The notes beneath the pieces are model-generated. The model saw only the letters and a program-made list of their open reading frames with translations. It did not search any database and was not told the origin of the DNA. A program made the position numbers and the translations under genes. A stretch of DNA of 64,000 nucleotides from Chthoniobacterales bacterium. Lineage in GTDB: Bacteria > Verrucomicrobiota > Verrucomicrobiia > Chthoniobacterales > JACTMZ01. Positions within the stretch are counted from its first letter, which is position 1. Every line of letters starts with the position of its first letter. Positions 1 to 7,535 of the stretch are shown piece by piece. Location: contig JBMOJP010000002.1 of the NCBI GenBank assembly GCA_049315725.1, positions 17,220-81,219 on the forward strand, read 5' to 3'.

Positions 1-143
1 GTCAAATCGGCATCACGGGTGAAGCGCGGCTCCCCCCAGCGCTGCACGGCCAACCCGCCGATTAGGCAGCAGGCCCAACCATTTGACCGGCAGAGCCCGA
101 GCAGTTCCGCGGCGGCCGACAAAACTGGTGTCAGGTTTTGCAC
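1..143 (-). CDS. nucleotidyltransferase-fold protein, N-terminal part only (gene runs off the left edge)
   Basis: Hand translation of a minus-strand frame absent from the ORF track (no in-window stop). It is open from the stop at 231-233 to base 1 and reads ..VQNLTPVLSAAAELLGLCRSNGWACCLIGGLAVQRWGEPRFTRDADL. The IGG-x-A..G-x-R-x-T-x-D-x-D pattern resembles the catalytic N-terminus of minimal nucleotidyltransferases. Start uncertain (GTG at 143 or ATG at 209). Confidence 0.3.
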   Translation of the reverse strand, partial: MQNLTPVLSAAAELLGLCRSNGWACCLIGGLAVQRWGEPRFTRDADL

Positions 144-367
144 ACTTCCCGGAAAATTCGCTGCTGTTCGACCAAGCCGGACCAAGGCTGTGAACCAAGG
201 ACGAACCATTCGATCGGGCCAGAAAGCACGTCAAGCACAGCCTGGCGATGCTGTTCCTCGGTTTGCGAACGCAGGGCCTCGTCCCGAAGCTTGGCCAATT
301 CCGGACCCGCCTCAGCCCACCGACGCGCGTGCGCACGCAAAGCCGACGCTTCCTCTTCGTGCGTCAT
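131..367 (-). CDS. hypothetical 78-aa protein
   Basis: ORF track. Its ATG overlaps the stop of the upstream transketolase-C gene (ATGA at 364-367) on the same strand. No recognisable motif. Confidence 0.4.
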   Translation of the reverse strand: MTHEEEASALRAHARRWAEAGPELAKLRDEALRSQTEEQHRQAVLDVLSGPIEWFVLGSQPWSGLVEQQRIFREVCKT

Positions 368-1278
368 AGAAGCTCCATGATCCGGCCGACAATACGTTCA
401 GCGGTCAAGCCCGCCCAAGCACGAGCGGACGACTGGTGACTGGTCTCGTGCAGAAACTCGTCGGGTGTGGCAAAACGAATCAGCGCGGCGCCTTCGGACT
501 GGTCCACCTTCCACTCCGCGACGGCGGTGCCCAAGCCGCCAAGAATCGAATGCTCCTCCAAGGTTGCCACGACCGCCGACTGGGAAAACACCCGGCCGAG
601 AAAATCGGTATCCAGAGGCTTGAGCGAGCCGATGCTGGCGACGCCACAGACAATCCCCCGGGCGCTCAGCAATTCCGCCGCTTGGACGGCCAGGGGCAGC
701 ACGTTGCCTAAGGAGAGAATCCATGCCTCCTTCCCCTCGCGCAAAGTCATGGCCTGGCCGATGCGGAAGTCAGGCTCACTCTCGTGGAGGACCGGTTCGC
801 CCTTCTTGCCGATGCGGATGTAAACGGGGCCATCGTATTCGAGCGCGGCGCGAAGGGCGGGGCGAAGTTCCATGGCGTCTCCTGGCGCCAGCACCGCGAG
901 GCCCGGGATGAGGCGCAGCATGCCCATGTCCTCAACCGAATGATGGGTGGCTCCGAGCGATGCGTAAGAAAGCCCGGCTCCGGTGCCAACCAGCACCACG
1001 CGCTGGTGATGGTAGCCAAGGTCGAGGCGGATTTGTTCGATCACGCGGTAGGTCAGGAAAGAGGCGATCGTGTAGCAGACAGGACGCAGGCCACAAGCGG
1101 CCATCCCGGCAGCGACCCCGACCATATTGGCTTCCGCCACGCCGCAATTGTAAAACCGTCCCGGTGCGGCCTCCTTGAATTTGTCGAACAAGCGGTTGCC
1201 GATATCGCCGGAAAGCAACACAAGGTCTTCGCGCTGCCCCGCGAGGCAAGTAATCTCCTGAGCGAAAGCGTTTCTCAC
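364..1278 (-). CDS. transketolase, C-terminal (pyrimidine-binding) subunit of a split transketolase
   Basis: 304 aa. The N-terminus MRNAFAQEITCLAGQREDLVLLSGDIG, plus NCGVAEANMVGVAAGMA and GATHHSVEDMG, is typical of the split-transketolase C-terminal section. GTGA overlap with the N-terminal subunit gene at 1275-1278. Confidence 0.9.
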   Translation of the reverse strand: MRNAFAQEITCLAGQREDLVLLSGDIGNRLFDKFKEAAPGRFYNCGVAEANMVGVAAGMAACGLRPVCYTIASFLTYRVIEQIRLDLGYHHQRVVLVGTGAGLSYASLGATHHSVEDMGMLRLIPGLAVLAPGDAMELRPALRAALEYDGPVYIRIGKKGEPVLHESEPDFRIGQAMTLREGKEAWILSLGNVLPLAVQAAELLSARGIVCGVASIGSLKPLDTDFLGRVFSQSAVVATLEEHSILGGLGTAVAEWKVDQSEGAALIRFATPDEFLHETSHQSSARAWAGLTAERIVGRIMELL

Positions 1279-2105
1279 AGTTGAGCCAATCCAAGTTCGG
1301 CCCGGGCGGAGACCAACTCCTCAGCGTTGGGGATCCGGTAGTGCCAGTTGTTGTCGTCTTCCATGAAGGATACGCCGCAGCCTTTGACCGTGTGGGCCAC
1401 AATAGCGAGCGGCTTGTCTCTCTCGGGAACTTCCGCGCAAGCCAAAGCGGCACGGATTTCGGGGAAATCGTGGCCGTCGATTTCGTAACTCTCCCATCCG
1501 AAGGCCTGCCATTTGTCGCGCAACGGATCTAGCGCCATGACCTCATTGCTACGGCCGGTGGCTTGCCATTTGTTGTAGTCGACAAGAACTGTGAGGGAGC
1601 CGAGTTTCTGCGCAGCCGCAAACATCGCCGCCTCCCAAACGCTGCCCTCGTTGCACTCGCCGTCGCTGAGGACGACGACTGTGCGGGAGGTGAGGCCTTG
1701 AATGCGCCCCGCGAGGGCCATGCCCAATGCTGCGGAGAGGCCGTGACCAAGGGAACCGGTTGCCCATTCAACGCCGGGCGCACAGCCGGGAGCAGGTTGC
1801 TCAGCCAACGCCGCACCATCGCGCCCGTATTCGTCAAGAAGCGTCCGCGAAAAAAATCCCCGGGCACAGAGCGCGGCGTAGAGCGCGGGAGCTGCGTGGC
1901 CCTTGCTCAAGATCAAGCGGTCGCGGTTGGGGTCGCAAGGATTGAGGGGATCAATACTCAGGAACTCCCAATACAAGGCGGTCAGCAGGTCAAGACACGA
2001 CAGCGAGCTACCCAAGTGCGGGGTTTTGGCCCGATGGGACAGACCGATAACTTCCCCGCGCAATTCCGCCGCGATGCGTTCTATATCTGGGGTGGGTGGG
2101 TTCAT
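1275..2105 (-). CDS. transketolase, N-terminal (thiamine-diphosphate-binding) subunit
   Basis: 276 aa. Motifs HLGSSLSCLDLLTALY, SKGHAAPALYA and GSLGHGLS...LSDGECNEGSVWEA (the ThDP GDG-x-NEG motif). ATGA overlap at 2102-2105. Confidence 0.9.
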   Translation of the reverse strand: MNPPTPDIERIAAELRGEVIGLSHRAKTPHLGSSLSCLDLLTALYWEFLSIDPLNPCDPNRDRLILSKGHAAPALYAALCARGFFSRTLLDEYGRDGAALAEQPAPGCAPGVEWATGSLGHGLSAALGMALAGRIQGLTSRTVVVLSDGECNEGSVWEAAMFAAAQKLGSLTVLVDYNKWQATGRSNEVMALDPLRDKWQAFGWESYEIDGHDFPEIRAALACAEVPERDKPLAIVAHTVKGCGVSFMEDDNNWHYRIPNAEELVSARAELGLAQL

Positions 2106-3652
2106 GCCGGGTCGCGGTTGAGGAGGGACATCCCGCTCTTGAGCAGGACGGCCTTGGAGATGGCCTCGCGGTTACCCACGATTTTGACCGCTTGAGCCCC
2201 CGCGAGTTGACCAAGGAAGGTGGTCAAGGCGACCGGCAGCCGCCGTGCTGCGGCAAGGGCCATGATGGAAAAGAAGGCATCGCCGGCCCCGATGGTGTCG
2301 GTCACTTCCTCGCCCAGCGGCGGACAGGCGGCCACGCTGCCATCCGCCTCCATCCCGATCGTCTTGACTGCGCCACGGGTCAGCCATCCGGCCCGGGCCT
2401 GGAGGTGGCGCCGGAGCACATCGAGTTCGGCGGCGTGATCCACTTGGCGGTGTCCACAGGAGAGCAACAACTCCTGCTCATCGAGGGAAAACACATCCGC
2501 CCGGCGGTATTGGCGGCTGATGATGTTGAAGCCGTGGTTGTTCGAATTGGTCTGGCAGTTGAGGGCGAGAAAAGGCGCCCGGTCCTGCAGGAGGTCACGC
2601 ACGGCGGGCTGCATTAGGCCGTGGCCAAAATCCGTGAGAAGGACCACATCGCAGCGGCCCAACTCCTGCTCGATCTTGGCCATGACTTGCTCGATCGCGG
2701 CCACGGGAGGGGCTTCGGAGTTGAGAAAGTTCACCGAGAAAAGTTTGCTCAGGTCCTTGCCTTCGCTGACCGGCTCGACGAAGCGCTGCTTGATGATGGA
2801 GACAAATTCCGGGTCCCGCACCGTGGCATCATCCTCGGCCGGCAGATACATGCGCAGGGTTGGCTCCAACCAGTCCTCAGTGCCGAGCAAGGACACGAGG
2901 CGGACGTGAGGGGTAAACTCCTTGACGTGCCGGTAAACAGCCAGTGCCCCCCCAGCCTGCGCCTCTTCCTCGAGGTAGCGGCCGGAAATGATGCGGTTTT
3001 TCGAGGTCAGTCCCTGGACTTTGACGAAAGTGTATTTGTCAAAAATGGTGTCCCCGACGACCAGAACCCGGAGGTCGGAAAATCCGGCCACGGCCTCAGC
3101 CAGGTCGGCGGGCGAAGTTGTGCCGGCCAGTTCGCGGCAAAAATCTGCTACCTCGCCGTTGACCGTGGCAAAGTGCCGGTTGAGCAGGCGGGTCGAACTG
3201 AAGACCACATCGCCGAGATAACGCACTTTGCCGCCGCAACGCTCCACCGTGGCGAGATCGTCGTGGATGTTGCCAGTGACATCGTTGGCTGTGTCCGCAT
3301 ACTCCGTGCCTTTGGCGTAAATATCCGGCCGAACTGCTTCGATGGCCTCGACGGCGGCGGTGTGGGGCACCAGCACGACATAGTCCACGCATTCGAGGGC
3401 CGCGAGGGTGCGTGCGCGCAAGGCGTCGTTGAAATACGGCCGCCCCGGCCCCTTGTTGACATGCTTCTCGTCGGTGACCGTGACCACGAGAACATCCCCC
3501 AGCTTGCGCGCGTCCTCGAGATGCACGATGTGGCCCGGGTGGATCAAATCGAACGTGCCATGGCACTGCACGATCCGCTTCCCCTCCCCGCGCAAGCCCG
3601 CGAAGAAGGCCGGGCCTTCGGCGAACGGAATGATCTTTTCCTGTCCTGTCAT
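2102..3652 (-). CDS. bifunctional sugar-phosphate nucleotidyltransferase (RfaE domain II-like, N-terminal) / PfkB-family sugar kinase (RfaE domain I-like, C-terminal)
   Basis: The N-terminal part GTFDLIHPGHIVHLEDARKLGDVLVVTVTDEKHVNKGPGRPYF carries the HxGH cytidylyl/adenylyltransferase motif. The C-terminal part VLVVGDTIFDKY...DTIGAGDAFFS carries the PfkB signature. I prefer the ATG at 3652 (ATGA overlap with the upstream stop) over the ORF-track start at 3673. Confidence 0.85.
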   Translation of the reverse strand: MTGQEKIIPFAEGPAFFAGLRGEGKRIVQCHGTFDLIHPGHIVHLEDARKLGDVLVVTVTDEKHVNKGPGRPYFNDALRARTLAALECVDYVVLVPHTAAVEAIEAVRPDIYAKGTEYADTANDVTGNIHDDLATVERCGGKVRYLGDVVFSSTRLLNRHFATVNGEVADFCRELAGTTSPADLAEAVAGFSDLRVLVVGDTIFDKYTFVKVQGLTSKNRIISGRYLEEEAQAGGALAVYRHVKEFTPHVRLVSLLGTEDWLEPTLRMYLPAEDDATVRDPEFVSIIKQRFVEPVSEGKDLSKLFSVNFLNSEAPPVAAIEQVMAKIEQELGRCDVVLLTDFGHGLMQPAVRDLLQDRAPFLALNCQTNSNNHGFNIISRQYRRADVFSLDEQELLLSCGHRQVDHAAELDVLRRHLQARAGWLTRGAVKTIGMEADGSVAACPPLGEEVTDTIGAGDAFFSIMALAAARRLPVALTTFLGQLAGAQAVKIVGNREAISKAVLLKSGMSLLNRDPA

Positions 3653-4683
3653 CGGGCAAGGAAAGCGTGGCAACCGGCGTCGCGGCCGAGTTCCATGAAC
3701 TTCATGTTGTAGTGCTCCGGCGCATCAATATCGGGAAACTGTCCGCCCTCCAGCGCCTGGCGCAGACTGGCTACTTCCTGTCGAATGCTGCTGACCGGTT
3801 GGTAGCCGAGGTCGCGGAGAATGCGGGCGGAAGAGATGTGGTAGTCGCGGTGGTCGGTCGTGTCGGTCACCTTGATCTCGACCCCAAGGTCGGCCAACTC
3901 GGCCTGGATGATCTCGGCGATTCCGATGACCTTGTGGTTTTCGAAACCGAAGTTGAAAGTGCGTCCGTTAATTTTGTCCGCGGCAACACCCACGAGCAGG
4001 CCGTAGAGATTGATCATATCCGTGATGCCGACATTCGGTCTGCGCTGCTGGCCACCGTGCACCGTGATGACACGCTTGCGCAGGGCATCGGCCGTCAGCT
4101 TGTTGACGGTCAAATCGAAGCGCTGACGGGGCGAGTAGCCGCAGATCGTGGCCGGACGGATGTTGACCGCACAGAACTCCGGCGAGGCGGCGGCCAGCAC
4201 CAGCCATTCGGAGAGGGCTTTGTATTTCGAGTAAAAGGTCAAGGGCTCCGGCTCAAGTTCTTCATTGATTTCGGACTCCGTGCGCGCTCCAAAGACACTG
4301 CTCGACGAAGCGTTGATAAAACGCCGGACGCCCGCCCCGCGGGCGAGCGCGAGAAGCATCCCGACAGCATCGAAATTGACCTGCCGCGTAAGCACTTCGT
4401 CAATGTCGCCGGTAGGGTCGTTCGAAATGGCCCCGAGGTGAATGACCGTGTCGCGACCAGCCACGGCCTCGCGCACCGGCGCATCATGGCGCAAGTCGCC
4501 ACGAACCAGGCCGAAACGTTTTTCCCACGCCGGCCAGTTTGGATCCGCTTTGAGGGCATCCAGACCGGCCTCGGTATAGAGCATAAGGTCGATGACGCGG
4601 ACGTCGTGGCCGAGCGAGAGCAAATGCGGGACGAGGCGGCTACCGACGTAGCCGAAGCCTCCAGTGACGAGAATGCGGTTCAT
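3649..4683 (-). CDS. NAD-dependent epimerase/dehydratase (extended SDR)
   Basis: 344 aa. MNRILVTGGFGYVGSRLV Rossmann motif. YSKYK fits the catalytic YxxxK. Confidence 0.85.
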   Translation of the reverse strand: MNRILVTGGFGYVGSRLVPHLLSLGHDVRVIDLMLYTEAGLDALKADPNWPAWEKRFGLVRGDLRHDAPVREAVAGRDTVIHLGAISNDPTGDIDEVLTRQVNFDAVGMLLALARGAGVRRFINASSSSVFGARTESEINEELEPEPLTFYSKYKALSEWLVLAAASPEFCAVNIRPATICGYSPRQRFDLTVNKLTADALRKRVITVHGGQQRRPNVGITDMINLYGLLVGVAADKINGRTFNFGFENHKVIGIAEIIQAELADLGVEIKVTDTTDHRDYHISSARILRDLGYQPVSSIRQEVASLRQALEGGQFPDIDAPEHYNMKFMELGRDAGCHAFLAR

Positions 4684-4690
4684 AAAAGTT

Positions 4691-4718
4691 TAGAATTTAG
4701 AATGATGAATGGTGAATT
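4691..4718. repeat. four tandem heptads TAGAATT TAGAATG ATGAATG GTGAATT
   Basis: Read directly from the sequence. The repeat lies in the AT-rich 50-nt spacer between the four-helix-bundle gene stop (4734) and the epimerase start (4683). Confidence 0.6.
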
Positions 4719-4733
4719 AAGGGAAAAATGAGT

Positions 4734-5090
4734 TCAGCGACTTTTGGAGGTTTTGATGCTGGCAACAAAAAGGGCGATCAGTTCCCGCGTCTCTTCCAGC
4801 AGGGGCTGAAGCCTGGCAGGCGGAAGAACATTTTCATCGGAGAGGAGTTCGAGCCAATACTCTGATTCAGCAAGTTCCTTCAAGCTATCTCCAAGCTTGG
4901 AAATAAATTCCGCCTTGGAGCGAGCGCGGGAACCTTCGCGGTAGTTTGCGCCCACCGAGGTTCCACTCCGGAGAAGTTGGTGGCCGAGCACCTGAGCCAC
5001 GGCACCCTTCGGCAAAGCGGCATAAAGCCGGAGAATGCGCCGAGCATAGTCCTTGGTCCGTTTGCTGAAGTCATCTTTGGCCGTCGGCAT
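4734..5090 (-). CDS. four-helix-bundle protein (the family formerly called '23S rRNA intervening-sequence protein')
   Basis: 118 aa. The string QLLRSGTSVGANYREGSRARSKAEFISKLGDSLKELAESEYWLELL is the family signature. The gene is about 50% GC by hand count against about 63% in its neighbours, and is flanked by AT-rich spacers. Confidence 0.8.
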   Translation of the reverse strand: MPTAKDDFSKRTKDYARRILRLYAALPKGAVAQVLGHQLLRSGTSVGANYREGSRARSKAEFISKLGDSLKELAESEYWLELLSDENVLPPARLQPLLEETRELIALFVASIKTSKSR

Positions 5091-5115
5091 TCTGCAATCT
5101 TAACTCAGCATTTCC

Positions 5116-6126
5116 CTACGCCTTGTGGATGTAGCTCATAGGTTGTTCGCGCAAAGAAAGAAGATTGGCCTCGATCCAGCGCTGGGTGTCGGCAATCCCC
5201 TCCTCGAGAGTGACACGATCCTGCCAGCCGAGCTTGGTCCGGGCGAGCGTGGCGTCGAGCAGGTAGGCGGAATCCTTGCCGGGGCGGTCGGCCACAATGT
5301 CGACAAAGTCCGTGAATTTGACCCCGGCCTGGTCACCCATCAGCGCCACGAGATCGCGGATGGAAATGGTCCGCTTGGTGGAAAGGTGGAACACGTCTCC
5401 GGGCTCGCCGCGCAAGGCCGCGCGCAACGTGCCGTCGGAAACATCGTCGATGTGAATAAACGAACGAACCGAGTGTCCACCTCCGTGCAATTCCAGTTTT
5501 TTCCCGAGCGCAAGAAAAAGCAGCGTGCGGGGCACGATGCGGTAAAGCTGCTGGCCCGGGCCGAAGACGTTGGCCGCGCGGGTGAAGACGGCGGGGAAGT
5601 TGTATTGCCGGATGAAAGTCTGCAGGTGGAGATCGCACGCAGCCCGCGACGCGGCGTAGGGCGTGCTCGGATTGAAGGGGGCGTCCTCACGCACGTCGCC
5701 CGAGCAACTGCCATAGACTTCGGGGGTCGAGACGTGGACATACTTGCCCAGGCCGCTCATTTTCCGCAGGCCCTCGTGCAGACGCACGTTGGCCACGACA
5801 TTGGTCTGATACCAGTGCTCGGGATTCTGCCAGCTTTCCGCCACCATGCTTTGGGCGGCAAAATTGACCACGTAGGGCGCGCCGAAGTCGGCTATCGCGT
5901 CGAGCAACTCCGTCGTGTGGTGGTTGAGGTCAAGCTGAGCGAACCGGAACCGAGCGAGCTCCTCCGTGGAACGCTGCCAACGGTAGGGCAAGAAGACCGA
6001 GGGTGCCTCGGCCGACCGGCTCGTGCCCAGCACCTCCCAACCCTCCCGTAAACAATGAGAGACGAAGCTCGCCCCGGAGAAGGAGTTGCTGCCGATGACA
6101 ACGATGCGATGGGATGCTGAGTCCAT
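5116..6126 (-). CDS. NDP-sugar dehydratase/epimerase-like extended SDR with a variant catalytic motif
   Basis: 336 aa. Rossmann-like VVIGSNSFSGASFV, then HVSTPEVYG. The expected YxxxK reads YAASR (Tyr codon 5656-5658, Arg codon 5644-5646). Confidence 0.8.
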   Translation of the reverse strand: MDSASHRIVVIGSNSFSGASFVSHCLREGWEVLGTSRSAEAPSVFLPYRWQRSTEELARFRFAQLDLNHHTTELLDAIADFGAPYVVNFAAQSMVAESWQNPEHWYQTNVVANVRLHEGLRKMSGLGKYVHVSTPEVYGSCSGDVREDAPFNPSTPYAASRAACDLHLQTFIRQYNFPAVFTRAANVFGPGQQLYRIVPRTLLFLALGKKLELHGGGHSVRSFIHIDDVSDGTLRAALRGEPGDVFHLSTKRTISIRDLVALMGDQAGVKFTDFVDIVADRPGKDSAYLLDATLARTKLGWQDRVTLEEGIADTQRWIEANLLSLREQPMSYIHKA

Positions 6127-6131
6127 GTAAT

Positions 6132-6872
6132 TCAGTTCGACGGAGCGACCTTCGGGCCGGCGGAGAATCTACCGTGCTCGAGCGGTTCCAGCCGGGTCCA
6201 AAGCTCTTCCAAACGGTCGCGGTAGGCCCCCGAGTTACGCTGCCAGCTCACGGCGACGGCCAGTTCAAGGTGCTTGCGCTCGGTTTCGCCAAGGTCCGCC
6301 CTCACCCTCGCCGGGTCAGGACTGAGCCCCTCGACCGGACTGCCCAAATTGACAAGCCGCTCAAGGTGCCGAGAGCGATCCTCGAGCGCTACCTGTAAAA
6401 TGTCAGCCATCGTGCCGGCCATGCCAAAAACATTTCGGCCCAGCTCCCCGGCTTCCTGCCGCTCGGTCCGGAACTGTGCGGCCAGATCGGACAAGCTCTC
6501 CGGGCTATAGCCGGTCAGCCCGGTCTCCAGCGGAGCGAGGATGGGGTCGACGTAGGGTTGAAGCCGGATCGTCGGTGCCTCGCCCGGCAGAAGTTGTGGA
6601 GCCAGACGCTGGTTGTTGAGATACCAACCGAAGCCAAGAGTCGCCACCACCAAAAGTCCCAGAGCCCACAGCCAGGCGACGTGATTAGTCTCGGCGGCCG
6701 GATACTCCGGCTCGGACATTCTGCTGGCCTCGACGAAGGAAGATTTGCTGCGACGGCGGCGGCCGGAGCCGCGCTCCCTGGAGGGCGTGTCAGTTCCGCT
6801 TCTGCGGGAGCGACGCACAGAACCCGAGGGCATGCCTTTTCCTCCTGCCTGGTCTGCCTCGTCAAAGATCAT
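6132..6872 (-). CDS. hypothetical single-pass membrane protein with an Arg/Ser-rich N-terminal tail
   Basis: 246 aa. RRSRRSGTDTPSRERGSGRRRRSKSS is followed by the hydrophobic segment VAWLWALGLLVVATLGFGWYL. It sits in the operon 5 nt upstream of the next gene. An alternative start at MSEPEYP is possible. Confidence 0.55.
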   Translation of the reverse strand: MIFDEADQAGGKGMPSGSVRRSRRSGTDTPSRERGSGRRRRSKSSFVEASRMSEPEYPAAETNHVAWLWALGLLVVATLGFGWYLNNQRLAPQLLPGEAPTIRLQPYVDPILAPLETGLTGYSPESLSDLAAQFRTERQEAGELGRNVFGMAGTMADILQVALEDRSRHLERLVNLGSPVEGLSPDPARVRADLGETERKHLELAVAVSWQRNSGAYRDRLEELWTRLEPLEHGRFSAGPKVAPSN

Positions 6873-6970
6873 GACGGCAAACGCGCAGGCTGCCGCCCTT
6901 GGTCGGGGGAGGTCCCCCGGCCCGGCGGTAATTGTGGTTGTAGCGTTTCCGCGATAAAACTTTCCGATCC

Positions 6971-7531
6971 TCAGCCCACGGCCCGCCCGGATAAGGGGTG
7001 AACTTTTCCGGGGACGACGCGGCTGGCGGTGACTTCCACCTCGCGCTGCGTCCCGAGGAGATCAAGCAAGACGGCGACGCGCTCCTTGGCTGGCATAACA
7101 CGCGTCACGATGGCCCGCAAACCCTTAAAGGGACCGTCCAGAACCGTGACCTCGTCACCGGCCATGATGTCGGGAAGAACTTCGATCGTCTCGTTGTCAC
7201 GAACAAATTGGCGCAATTCACCAATGACCCCGGCGTCCACCACGGCGGGCTGACCGCCGAAACCGACAATGTTCGTTACCCCCATGGACGACGCAACCAG
7301 GCGGTAGTGCGTGGCAAAGGGAAAACGCCCGAAAATGTAACCGGGAAAAAGGGCCTCCTCGAACCACTTTTTGCCCGTGACCGTGACCCGTTGAAACCGC
7401 AGGACCGGGCTGAAAACCTCGAGGCCAACGCGCGAACGGAGAAAGTTTGCCGCCAGCTTCTCGTGCTTCGGCCGCGTTTTGACGCAGAACCAAAGCGGAT
7501 CCGCGCTATCCATGAGAGGCAGAATTTCCAT
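6971..7531 (-). CDS. NusG-paralogue transcription antiterminator (RfaH/UpxY-like)
   Basis: 186 aa. NGN-like N-terminus LWFCVKTRPKHEKLAANFL and KOW motif GDEVTVLDGPFKGLRAIV. It sits at the head of a polysaccharide operon. Confidence 0.8.
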   Translation of the reverse strand: MEILPLMDSADPLWFCVKTRPKHEKLAANFLRSRVGLEVFSPVLRFQRVTVTGKKWFEEALFPGYIFGRFPFATHYRLVASSMGVTNIVGFGGQPAVVDAGVIGELRQFVRDNETIEVLPDIMAGDEVTVLDGPFKGLRAIVTRVMPAKERVAVLLDLLGTQREVEVTASRVVPGKVHPLSGRAVG

Positions 7532-7535
7532 GCGG

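Noticed and set aside
4734-5090. The four-helix-bundle protein as the Avd component of a diversity-generating retroelement.
   Set aside because: No reverse transcriptase gene and no template/variable repeat pair exist anywhere in the window.
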